Source of the DNA: Antedon mediterranea
Taxonomy: Eukaryota; Animalia; Echinodermata
Reading direction: 5' to 3'
Length of the DNA: 64,000 nt
Assembly: GCF_964355755.1 (NCBI RefSeq)
Contig: NC_092672.1
Span: 15,500,001-15,564,000 of the forward strand
Shown here: one piece after another, positions 1 to 11,884 of the stretch
Layout: every line of letters starts with the position of its first letter
Numbering within the stretch: position 1 is the first letter of the stretch
Notes under the pieces: model-generated
What the model saw: the letters and a program-made list of their open reading frames with translations, nothing else
What the model was told of the DNA's origin: nothing
Databases searched by the model: none
Made by a program: the position numbers and the translations under genes

Positions 1-360
1 TCATCAGAGAACCACCGAGATCTTGACCTGATGTTAATGATCTTTGATTTCTCGGGAGCCAACTTGTCACAAAGTGAGAATAAAAATTGATTGTAAAAAG
101 ATACAGCAGAGTTTGAACTAACATCACAAGATTCAGCAAGGAAACCACTAAAGCCATCAGACAAATTAGATTTTAAATCAACGGTGTTGATATTCTTAAA
201 ACAATGGAATGTAATTTTGTTTTGTTTTATTGATGGTTTAGAGACATTAGGTAAGGCATGGAGGAAATAGTATCAGACATATGATATTGATGTACGTGTA
301 AACGTACAATTAGGGTTATTGGTAATTAAAAGGTCAAGTGTATGGCCCAATTGCACAAAA
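1..360 (-). mobile_element. Decayed LINE (L2/CR1-like) endonuclease-end/linker fragment
   Basis: Minus strand reads GHTLDLLITNNP (APE C-terminal motif), followed by degraded linker. Confidence 0.55.
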
Positions 361-539
361 TTGACGAATATGAAGGTAACAGTCAAGAAATTAAAGTAAG
401 TAAAGGTACAATTCAAATTAGCTACCAGACAGCGCTCTCTCTGTATATATATATATACATGTCAACTCTTAAACTCTGTGGGAAAACACCGGAAATATAG
501 GAGAAATTTGCTATATATATATATATATATATAGAAGTT

Positions 540-1930
540 TGTTCCAAACATTCTTTAATAGTGGGTCAAGGGGCTTGTTTGTTTGGATTCTTGCTAATAA
601 CTGTGAGTATGTCTTCAACCTCCACACGTGGAAAAGTTTTAAAGCAAACATTGGTTGACATTTCTACAGGGGGAAGGGCAAGGCCATCATTGGTATCAAT
701 CAATCAATAGTCAGCAAACTCTTGACAAAGTGATTTATTAGAATTACACGGTCAGTCTAATTACCGAAAACAACCGAAAACAACCGAAAATAACCGAAAA
801 CAACCCTAAACAACCGAAAACAACCACAAACAACCGAAAACAACCATAAACAACCGAAAACAAACCGAAAACAAAATAAAATAATCTAAATACCGAAAAC
901 AAATTTGTATAATATTTTTTAAATGTCGCCCTCTATTGATGGGTGTTTCTAAATCTAAGACCATAACAGAGACAAAACCGCGCGCGCAAAAGCCAAGGAA
1001 GACCCTACGATGGTAGTGTGCACAAAATACAACTAAAAATCATGCAATCAATCAATGATAACATCGCATTTACTTACAGAATCTATAAAAATATTTTAAT
1101 TTTAGTCTTTCGATTTTTGATCCAGAAACCAGCGCATTACTCCTTACAATAATTGTGAATATGTTAATCCATAGTATAGAAAGTAAATTGACTATGGTTA
1201 ATCATGATCGATTTAATTATAGATTTTCAAAGATAATTATACAAAGATACTAGGGACTATAAGTATACTTAAAACAAGCTCACTATAAAGGATTCACAAT
1301 AAAATCTATTCAGTAACTGTAGTCGAGTAAATAACGTTTTTATCCTTAATCGCTTCAGTATTCACTTAATAAGTGACGAAAACCGGGGACGAAAAAACGC
1401 AAAGTTAGGTAAAATCATGCTTTGTTTTTTAAAAAACTAAAAACGAAATGGGTTTATAGATTTTGTAAGTAAATGTAATCTATTTCATTGAATTTGTACG
1501 ATTTTGAGTTGTATTTTGTGCACACTACCATTTCTTAGGGTCTTCCATGACTTTTTGCTTTAGAAACACCCATCAATAGAGGGCGATATTAAAAAAAATA
1601 TTATACAAAATTTGTTTTCGGTATTTAGATTTTTTAAATTTTTTTTTCGGTTTGTTTTCGGTTGTTTACGGTTGTTTTCGGTTGTTTGTAGTTGTTTTCG
1701 GTTATTTTCGGTTGTTTTCGGTAATTAGACTGACCCGAATTACAAAATGGTAAACTATGTTTAGATTTTCCTAACAACTTATAGAGAACATGATACATTT
1801 CTCTTGGATTGCATTCTAAAAAGATAGATTTGAAAACCTTTGTTTTCTCTGATTCAATTAAAATCACAGATACGTTTGTGCAGTTCATCGAAGTTAGACT
1901 TATCTAAAACAGATTTTCGAGTATCCGCTT
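540..1930 (-). mobile_element. Decayed L2-like LINE linker fragment interrupted by a MITE
   Basis: CNPREMYHVLYKLLGKSKHSLPFCN (1745-1890) continues across the MITE into SNKSLCQEFADY, then FKTFPRVEVEDILTVISKNPNK. Confidence 0.55.
749..1736. mobile_element. MITE with long TIRs, 10-bp subterminal repeats and 8-bp TSD
   Basis: Ends (C/G)GGTCAGTCTAATTACCGAAAA; inverted arms of about 250 bp containing (AAACAACCGA)n; TSD GAATTACA at 741-748 and 1737-1744. Confidence 0.9.
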
Positions 1931-2046
1931 TTTTCGAGTAACCTTAACCTCGCTAGTATACCAACTTGGTTTACTGTCTATTTTGCGCACACATGTTCTT
2001 TCAGGGCAATGAGTACCAAATGACCTTTACCTTGTAGTATTTGCCA

Positions 2047-2110
2047 TTACGATCCTCATGTTTCGGATTCGTCTATCCCTACTTGTCGTGAGAGGCGCCC
2101 TATCTCGAGC
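2047..2110 (+). ncRNA. Putative degenerate minimal HDV-like ribozyme motif
   Basis: ATCCCTACTTGTCGTGAGAGGCGCCCTAT resembles the CCC..CTTGTCGTAAGAGGCGACTAA motif; TTACGAT (2047-2053) can pair with GTCGTGA (2085-2091). Confidence 0.3.
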
Positions 2111-3907
2111 GGTTCTCTAATTTTTGAGCGAAGTGTGACATCTTCCTACTACACTATCTTTGCTGGTGCCTAAGTCAACTCCCTGGTTATATTGTGTACC
2201 TATTCCTAAATAGGCTAGTTATAGTAGACTCTCTAAACCACAGTATCACTGATCAAAAAGAAGGGCTAACTAAACTAAAACTATATATAAAAGCACTTTA
2301 AAATAAAAGCAGTTTATCCATGGCATTTTTTATGCCAAGGTAGATTATTTCCTAATTCCAACATTTAAAATGAACACAAACAATAACACACTAACCACAC
2401 AAGTAATTATTTGAAAGGGTAAATATTAAATGAATTCTTTTTTATTCAACCCGAATGATACTAATAGTTCTTCTACAGACTAGAAAATAGTGTATAATTC
2501 AGTTTTATCTGCTATACTGACTATACATAAAGAAACCGTTTTGCAAGTGTCTTGATTTTTATCTTTCAGAATTATTGTCGGAGAAGACTGCTAAAGTAGA
2601 GCCAAGTTGCTTGAACAACAAATAAAAGATAAATAAAAGTTTGAATAGATGTACCTCTAAACAATGAGTTAAACTACGGTAGGGGTATGTGGGACATAAG
2701 ACCTTAGCGGGGTTCGCATACTTCTCTTAGTTGGTTTTTCTTAGTGAAAGACGTGACACCTATGTCCTTACTTTGTAAATAACTGCTTGGTCCCTAACTC
2801 TCCAAAATAGTTTTAATTTAGTTCATGATGTTCATAATTATTCTACCATGGTTCAGTTCTAATGGTAATTTATTATTACCCAAGAACTGAATCTGGGGAA
2901 ATTTTAGGGGTACTCAGATCTGAACTGCTGACGGTGGATAATGTGGGGTGGGTGGGGTATTATTTCATTGTTTGTTCTATAGTTTTTGTATTTGTATCGC
3001 TGGTTTGTTTTAAATTGTTTTGTAATTTTACTGTTATTGTGTTTTGTGTACTGGGCCCTCTGGGAGAACATTTTTTTTTACTGAAGAGGTCACCCAGTAT
3101 AAAGAACAAATAAATAAAATATATAAAATAAATATTACAGCAGGGAGGCTCCTTGATTAGTGTTTTTAATTGCATTTTATAATTTACTTTTAATTCAATT
3201 ATTTATACATCCTCTATATATCTTTTTATTTAACCTATTGACTATAACAGCAAACCACATTAATTCTCTTAATCCTATTGGTCAGATAAGGTTTGCCACG
3301 GAGCCCAATATCATCATTCACTGACCACATTACTAACTAACACTCCTTTCTCAACTAGCATCTTAGCTACACCTTTCATCGCACGTTCTTTATCAAATAT
3401 TGTATATTGTATTATTATCTATTGAGAATCCTCATTCGATTCGCTTGCAATAAATTACATATCTTACCCGATGAAATGAGATCAAAGTTTTAATTTAGTG
3501 GCAGAAAAAACCATTTAGTATAACATTATGGGTGTTGCCCATAGAATGTATCTAGTTGAATATAATTGTGCCCATCATTAATAGGCTTAAAAGTTAAGAT
3601 GGAGTATGTTAACAAATGCTAAGTATTTAATTAACAACAAAAAACAAAACAAAATCAATATTTAGGCATACACATTGCATTACACAACCTAATCCACTCA
3701 CCTACCAAAAATGCATATAATATCCATAAATCCTAGCCAAAATAAAGTTTGGTACGGAATGAAATGGGACCAAAAGTCAAATTTAAAGTAATATTTATTT
3801 TTCAGTGTAAAAACACCTCTGTTCGGGGCAAATCATCAAAATAATTTAATAACTGAATTAGTAGGCCTAATGGTTTTCATAGTAATTTCAAAGTAAAGGA
3901 ATACTTT

Positions 3908-4499
3908 CGCCCGTATTCTTAACCCGGACTTTAGTCGTAGTTCGAGCTATTACTTCAAATTCGATTAAAAAACGTAGTAGTCGAAGTTTGCAGTTCGACT
4001 TAATGAAGTCGAGCTTTTAGTCAAGTTGCACATGTCACAAAGGCTAAACATTGGCCAATGACAAGAGAGTATTTGAGGAGCAGACGAAATTTTGCGCATT
4101 GATATCACTTTCCATTTTCTTACAAAACTTTTTACGCATCAGGACTATATACATGAAAAATAATTTGATAATAAAGATGATTTTCATTATTATAACTTAT
4201 ACCAATGTATATTTAATTAAGCTAATATAAATATAGATATTTCATTCTTCAATATCTGGCCAATATAACAACTCAATGACTGTTACGTTTTTTATAAACA
4301 TCGTTTAAAAACCATTAGTCGACCATTTAGCCTGCCCCCTCCAGGACTAAAAAAATCGATCAAAATCCGTCTCGATTTAGTCGAGGTTGGCCTGATTTAG
4401 TCGGCGATTTAGTTGAAGTTCGGCTTATGAATTAAAATAACGTCATTTTTTTAGTTTTAGCTTGAACTACGACTAAAGTCCGGTTTAAGAATACGGACG
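3908..4499. mobile_element. MITE, PIF/Harbinger-like
   Basis: About 42-bp TIR CG(C/T)CCGTATTCTTAA(C/A)CCGGACTTTAGTCGTAGTTC(G/A)AGCTA; TTT flanks on both sides. Confidence 0.8.
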
Positions 4500-4529
4500 T
4501 TTGTGTATAACAAAATCAATTATGGTAAA

Positions 4530-6135
4530 CATTATGTATGTTAATTTATGCGCGGTAGATTTTGCTAAAGCCTTTGATCGTGTTGATCATACTATAATTG
4601 TGAACAAATTAATAGATATTGGAGTGAGATCATCCATAATACCCATTACCTGCAGCTTCCTTACTAATAGAGGCATTAATACGAGAGTGGGTAAGACCAT
4701 CTCGGGTACAAGAAAGATCACCTGCGGCGTGCCCCAGAGCACTAAATTGGGCCCAGTTTTATTTCTGGTCCTAATTAATGATGCCAGTCTGGGAAGCTGC
4801 AGAAGATGGAAGTATGTGGATGATCTCACTCTAGATGAAGTTGTAAAAAAACAATAATCCCTATTTACAGGTCTCCCTTGATGATTTGGATGACTGGTGT
4901 AAAGCTAATAATATGTTGCCTAAACCGTCTAAAGGCAATGTTATGACAAATAATTTTGTGCGTAATGCTAGTGATTTCCAGCCATTCACCCTCAACGATA
5001 CTATTCTTGAATGTGTTGGCAACCTCAAATTGTTAGGGGTTGGTTACTATTCAAGATAATACGAAATGTCACAGACATAGTTTCTAAAGCATCTCGAAAG
5101 ATGTTTGCTTTATTTGTGATGAGGAGGTCTGGCGCGTCTGTGGATGACCTGATCAAGGTGTTCTGTTGCTATATTAGGCTTATTCTTGAGTATGCATGCC
5201 CTGTGTGGCATGGCGCAATTACTAAAAAATCAGCATATAAAATTGAAGCTGTTCAAAAAAGAGCTCTAAGAACTATCCTGGGAAAAAATTATATATCATA
5301 AGCTTTAGAGGAGACGCAACTCCTTTCGCTTGCGGCAATGAGGGAAAGTCTGGTCCTTTCCTTTGGTCAGGGTCTCATAAAATCGGCTTTGCACAGGAAT
5401 ATGCTCCCTCCTTGCTGCAAGCGAAAATTAAACCTTAGATCCAATGGTGGAAATCTTGAAGTGCCTAAATGTAAAACCGACAGATATAAACGGTCTGCTG
5501 TACCTTATATTGTTGATCTGCTTAACTCTCAATAAAATGTGCTGGTTTTTTTTTTGTTTTTTTTAAAATAATTTTTTTATGTTTACGGGTTAAAAAAAAA
5601 ATGTTTTTTTTTCTTTTTTTATGGAGCGACCTTTTTTTTATTTGTTGTTCTTGATGGACATTATGCATGTTATATAGGATTCTTATAAGTAAATAAATAA
5701 ATACATTTAAATTAATACTATTGTATATATTTCTAAAAATAAATTAAAACCGTGATAAATATTTTTTAAATACAAGTGAACCTAATTAATGATACTTTGT
5801 ACTGATAAAATGAATGAAAAATGATCTATTTTTTAATGACATTGCAATGTTGTTGATAAATATATTTAAAATACTAGTGAACCTAATTAATGATACTTTG
5901 TAGGCCTACTGATAAAATGAATGAAGAAATGATCTATTTTTTAATGAAATTGCAATATTGTTCTATTGGATAAATTTTAATGATTAATGTACAGTATATA
6001 TATTTTTTATGCATATTGTAAATTTTTCTGTATTTTTTTCTGTAATGTTTAATTTGTTTCTATATGTACTACAATAATTTCAGACTTGTTTTTGTAATGT
6101 TTTTTATATACCTGAATAAATAAAAACAAAAAAAA
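4530..6135 (+). mobile_element. 5'-truncated decayed LINE (CR1/L2 group): RT plus 3' UTR
   Basis: DFAKAFD, GVPQSTKLGP, KYVDDL, LEYACPVWH and YKRSAVPY in broken ORFs 4501-5535; AATAAA and A-rich tail near 6115-6135. Confidence 0.85.
5771..5962 (+). repeat. Tandem duplication of about 100 bp
   Basis: AGTGAACCTAATTAATGATACTTTG...ATTGCAAT occurs twice; the second copy carries an extra GGCCTA. Confidence 0.85.
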
Positions 6136-6527
6136 ATTGGCCGTAAATAGTTCTGAATTTTATTCTTGACAATTTGTATGTTTTTAAAAAATAATTTATG
6201 AGGGGCTGGGCCTTTATTAGACCACAATTTAATTTAAAAATATCCTACACCAAAAAAATTGCAAAATAACAAAAGCATTGAAATAAAAAAAAATGTAAAT
6301 GAATAAAAATGAACACACACAAACAAAATGCTTCCAAATGGTTTGATTGGTGAACCTAAAAACAACTTAACAATTCGTGTTTCCGCAGCAATGTGTTTTA
6401 ATTCGATTTATGTCCACTTTTTTATTTTATCTATATGTATCAAATAATTAATACACCACGAAAAACATCAAAAATAATATAGATTGGCATTTTTTACCTA
6501 CATTAGTGTTTGAGAAAGATGTTATAA

Positions 6528-6995
6528 GCCGAAGGCTAGAGGGCGTACTCCAGAAAAGTGATTCCAACAGGAGGGGGAACCAACAAGATGGCGGCCGTAA
6601 ATGTGTTATCATTATTTAATATAGAAATAATAATCTAATATATTAAGACCACATAAATTACAACACATTTTCTTGTTAAAGCACAGTGAAGTTTTTAAAA
6701 ATCAAATATATCGCAAGGAAGTGAATAATTTCTTTGGTAATTTATAGTAATTTTTGGATATGAGGATCATATAGAATGTGTTCGCATTCATACGCTCAAA
6801 AGGCTGTGTTGCGTATCGTACGGGAGAATGTAAAGAATGTTTATCACACTGTTATGCTCAAAACACGCGTAGTAGTGCATACTGCTTAGGGCATATCTGA
6901 TTGGTCGATTGCAGCCGCCATCTTGTTGGTTCCCCTTCATGAAGAATCACTTTTTGAACTGCGATAACATTGGAGTATACAATCTAGCCTTTGGC
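6528..6995. mobile_element. MITE with imperfect TIRs
   Basis: GCCGAAGGCTAGA...AACCAACAAGATGGCGG versus CCGCCATCTTGTTGGTT...TCTAGCCTTTGGC; TATAA on both flanks. Confidence 0.8.
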
Positions 6996-7007
6996 TATAA
7001 AATATTT

Positions 7008-7073
7008 GGATTTTACTCACATGCTTCTAATGTAGGAATTGATGTTTGTGGTGGTTTATCATTTCCATATTCT
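7008..7073 (-). pseudogene. Fragment of decayed Ig-receptor paralog (stalk/pre-TM)
   Basis: GGATTTTACTCACAT...TGTAGGAATTGATGTTT(G/C)TGGTGGTTTATCATTT matches 12166-12253 with an internal deletion. Confidence 0.8.
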
Positions 7074-7189
7074 AAAATATCACTAAGATTTTTAATTTAC
7101 ATACATACACAGTTAGACAATTCAGCTACACATCATACTAATTAATTCCCAAGTAAATTAAAGTTAAACATTAAAGTTAAAACGCCAAT

Positions 7190-7640
7190 ATAGATCTCTA
7201 TGTATTAAATGTAATGTTTTATGTAGGAAATTTTCATACTGCTCCAAATCAATCAAATGTTTTTTGTTCTCCTTTATGGTCTAATCATTTTTAAAAAGAT
7301 ATCAACCAACTTAAATTTTTTTTTTAATGATGCTTTCCGGAGGTTGTTGGGACAACCCAGATTTGTTAGTGCAAGGAATTTGTTTGTGGAAAACAATATT
7401 CTATCATTTTATGAATATTTGAGGATTTCGCCTTACCGATTTCTTACAAGAATAATGATAAGCAAAAACAAATGTTAATTTGTATATATAAATATTTGTT
7501 GATGGATTCAAACATGTACTACAAATGGAGAGAGGCATTATATACCAATAGATAAAAGTTTTGGTCCTCTCTCATTCATCTTTTTTTTTGTAATGTATTA
7601 TACCATATGGACAATTGTCTGAAATAAAAGTTGAATTGAA
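7190..7640 (+). mobile_element. LINE 3' fragment (RTE-X/Jockey-like C-terminus)
   Basis: KCNVLCRKFSYCSK and NDAFRRLLGQPRFVSARNLFVENNI; AATAAA and (TTGAA)2 tail. Confidence 0.5.
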
Positions 7641-9214
7641 AACAAAAAAAATTAGTGTCACTTCTTGAAACCAAAAAATTGATTTCCCTACGTAGTTTAC
7701 GCTTACGAAGTGACACTAATGCACAAATTCCATTTCACCACATATTTCTAGTGCATTGGAAGTGGCACTACTGTGTAATTCATAGCTTTCCAATGCAATG
7801 ATCTTACATCATAACAATTATGTATGGTCCTTGGTAAGTGAACACTATTATATATACATTACAAACATTCATGTCAGGGCCAGATCTAGGATTTTGATAA
7901 AGAGGGGGCCGATATGGGAAAATAATCATCTAGGAGGTCGGGGGAAAATTTTTTTTCTAGACGCCCGGAGATAGCATCTGAGGCGTTTTGGCCAGTTGAT
8001 TCTTGTCATATAATTATAGACCATATTTAATATATAGAACTGTACAAGCTTTTGCTTTTTAGAAATTGTGCCTCCTTCATAATATTGTTTTATTCATTTT
8101 AAAGATGAGAAAAAAAAAATTGTATTGTTTTAACTACCATATCTTTCTTCTCGTCATGAATTTTGTATTATATTATTTATTTTGTATATTATGAAGGAAA
8201 TAAATGTTACTATGAAATGAAATGAAATGAAACAGATCAAGTCGGACCGCGAATTGTTACAAATTTTTTTAAGCAATCGTTAATGGTTTCTTGGTGCTGG
8301 GGAAACATGGACATGAAGTTTTGGAAAGGCAAGGCCAGTCACGCGCAGCCGAGCCCGTGTGAAAATTGAAGAAGGTACAGGTATTGATGCTTCAACCCAG
8401 CCGGCCTAGGACATGTTTTCACTGATATCTTAATCTAGGCTTTACACTAAAGACCAACATTAAATTAAATTGTTTTATATTAAAATGTAGTTTTACTTAC
8501 ACTTGTTATTTTGAAATATCAGACTTTAAAATAGTACAAAAACGTCGCGTTGTAAAAATTAAGAATTGATACGCGTACGTATTTTTTCACAAACTTAGTA
8601 TGATGACGTAATTTACTGGTCATAACTCGGTTCAACTTTAAAAAAAAGAATTGAAGATTTTAATGTTGATTTGTACCCCCTTTTCCTGTAAAATTGTTGA
8701 TAAAATCGTATGTAAATGGGTGCATAATATATATATATTAAAAAAATCGCGCCTGCATGTCTCTTTTAAGCCCTGCCTACACACTATCCGACTTGCTTCA
8801 TCTTACTTTTCCTTCAAATTTTTGCTCAAGAACCATCTCTTTCTTGTTTACTGCATGGCCATCTCCTTTGAGATGGCCATTTAATGTACTGTTTTCATTG
8901 ATTTCCCTTTTGATTCTATTTATTTTTCCATTATTTTAGTTCGTTAGTTTTCATAAATTCTATTTATTTTGATTTGAAGTTAATTGTTGTATGTTATTGT
9001 CTTACAAATTGCATTTTTGTGAGATTCTCTTCATCTAATGATCACCTTCAACTGGATGGACCACCCTAGTAAAATAAATAAAATCAAACTTAATGTGACC
9101 AACATTAATGTGATGTGCTTATATGGACACAATGATGTAATATCACTAACATATTTGGATATGCATAAAAATTACAGATATTTAGGTTAGTGTCACTTCG
9201 TGTTGCCGATGACA

Positions 9215-9419
9215 AATTAATGTAAATATCTTTTCAACTTTTTAAAGCTATTCATTATAAGTGTTCCATTCATGCGGTGTTTAGCACTTAAAATTTGCAA
9301 TACCGGTCTGTGATTTTCTAAACGATAAATTTATTTCAGTTCAGTTTCAAGTTCAGATTCAAGCCATTCATTAAGTGTAGTTAGTGGACTAGCTGTAATG
9401 CTACACACATATAAAGCCT
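9215..9419 (-). pseudogene. Fragment of decayed Ig-receptor paralog (third Ig domain)
   Basis: Colinear with 12257-12465 (AATTAATGTAAATATCTTTTCAACT...CTACACACATATAAAGCCT), with substitutions and indels. Confidence 0.85.
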
Positions 9420-10609
9420 TAGTTTTGGCCACAACAATTCCAGAGGCCATTGAGCATAAGCGTTATAGGATAGGAGCTTGCAACAGTTGTCTATTTTGCA
9501 CAACATAGTGCTATACAATCTTTGTCATTAGCATTGATTGCACTTCTGTTGCAAGCACATACTGAAAGTTTAATAATGCTACTTGCCAAACCCATGCCAA
9601 CTGCATTGTCATTGGCCGACCTTTTTCCTATATATAAAACTTGTTCCTAAATATAAAAAAACTAACCCTCTAAATCTCTCTCAAACTAAAAAAAAAATTG
9701 TCAATTACAGAATCGATCCCGGAAATCCTGAGGCCATAGCCTCATTACAATCCCGCTGAGCCATCCAACTGTCATCCATTGAGCTGGTATTTACTTTGTA
9801 TATGAATTGAGGAAAAATATATAATACGTAAGCATTGTAACTGACCAATCACAACTGGGTTGAAATCATCATGTTTTATTCGTAAATGTTACTACACCAA
9901 ATAAAATCAAACATTATTATCACAAACTTTATTCATGCACTTAGGTACAGTATACAAACATTATTTACATTTCAAATTATAGTAGAAATAAAAGAACTAA
10001 AGTTTCAATCTTAAATTTTGTTTACATATTTTGAATACTGTATTACAACAAAATCATTTGTTTTCCATTGACAATATTAAAAATAATTAAAAAGATATTA
10101 TTCAGCTTTTTCATATATCATTCATAGACATTCACAACTATTAAATTAACAATTTATAGTTTTTCATATTGTTTTTTGGGATATTTTTTTGTTACACATC
10201 ATTTTTGAAAATAAGCATTTCCTTAACAGTGTAAGGATAGTTAAAATTACCCAGTAAAAAATCCTTATTCTTTTGTGCAAAAATGTTAAAATAGAGAGGC
10301 ATTTAAAAAAAAAAAATTGATAAATATTAGCTTGATATGTAGATCTTTATGGTAACATTAGGTTTTACTACCGAAAATAATTCTATATTTGAGTGAATAC
10401 CATGTGATACAAAGAGTAAGTATTGTACTGTATGTGTATTAAGAATATATTATATGACAATAAAAGTGGGACAAGCCCACAGAAGATAAAAGTGCACCAT
10501 TTAGTTTAATATGGTCATTAAATGAATTTTAAAATTCATTAAAAATAGATCAACCATGTACAAATTGTTATATTATAGCATTATTACAATAAATAAATCA
10601 GTTATTTAT

Positions 10610-11493
10610 TTATATTACATAGCCCATGTAAATACGTGAACGTGATTGGTTGAAACTTCATCACATGCTTCCTTGAGTATGATGATATTGACTGAGTAAT
10701 TTTTGATGATTATCATGTCCCATTAAACATATAAAATCCACTAAATTCTCGAGTACGATGATATTGGCAGTGTAATTTTCGTGTGGCAACACTCCCGTTT
10801 GGCGATAAATAAACAAAAGTCATCTACCGAGACTTGAACTCGTGAAGATTAGTCCGCATCCTCACGATACAACGTTTTACCCGCTGCGCCAAGCAACTTG
10901 CTTGAAGAAATGAATCAACTAAACTATTGAAACTATGCATACATATCGCCTTCATTTGTTATTCGTCCTCTATAGATGTGATGAAAGACCGTTTTTGATT
11001 GGTCAATACTCACGATAGTAACCTGGTACGCGCAGCGCAATGAACGTCTGATGATTCGGCTCGAAGAAAATGAATTATTATTTATTCGGCCTAGGCCTAC
11101 CCTGATAATAATATTACTATTATTAATGTAGGCTTATTGATGGAAATACTTCTTTTAATTTAAAGGAACTATAGGTCTAAGTAAATATTTTATTGCTAAG
11201 GAATCATTAATTAGTAATTATCTGAATATTATTGTGCAGGTGAAAAACAAGACAGGCTTATTACAGAAAGGAGGCCTAGCTACCCGACCCAGTAGATATT
11301 TAAATTGTTGTTGGCTATATAAAATAACAGATATGGCCAGCTTTTATATTGGTGAAATATAAGATTTGACACCCCCTCGGGAATGATATTTTGTTGGAGA
11401 GAATATATTTCCCTCAGTGCTAATCTCGAACAAAATATCATTCCCTCGGAGATGTCAAATCTTATATTTAAGCTCTAACCAGACAATATCTGT
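10610..11493. mobile_element. Non-autonomous element with long terminal hairpin (Crypton-like architecture)
   Basis: Short inverted pair TTACATAGCC / GGCTATATAA, then a hairpin with arms 11355-11400 and 11424-11469; internal tRNA-like segment 10826-10894. Confidence 0.5.
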
Positions 11494-11884
11494 AAATGTA
11501 AAATACCAAATGTTACTAAACTGTGTGATATAGAACATTAAACTCATTTATATCAATCATTATACTATTCTGCTGTAAATTACTATAATAGCAATTAATA
11601 ATTATTAATAAGACAATGGGCACTATTCGCATTCTTACAAAATAGTCTTTTTGCCTTGTGTGATCACATCCCTATTTGTGTCATTACACAACATATATTT
11701 TAGGATATAGAACATGCACAATATTAAATTTATTTAAGTTTCCATTTATTAACATTAATAATAATATACAAATATTTAACAATTAGGAAAGTATAAAATA
11801 AGGAATATTATTATTATCTGATATGGTTCCACTGTATATACAGTAATAATAATAATTACTGTAAAACCGACTACAGTAGTATAT

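Noticed and set aside
2680-2728. Hairpin resembling a twister ribozyme
   Set aside because: Conserved twister residues and pseudoknots could not be assigned
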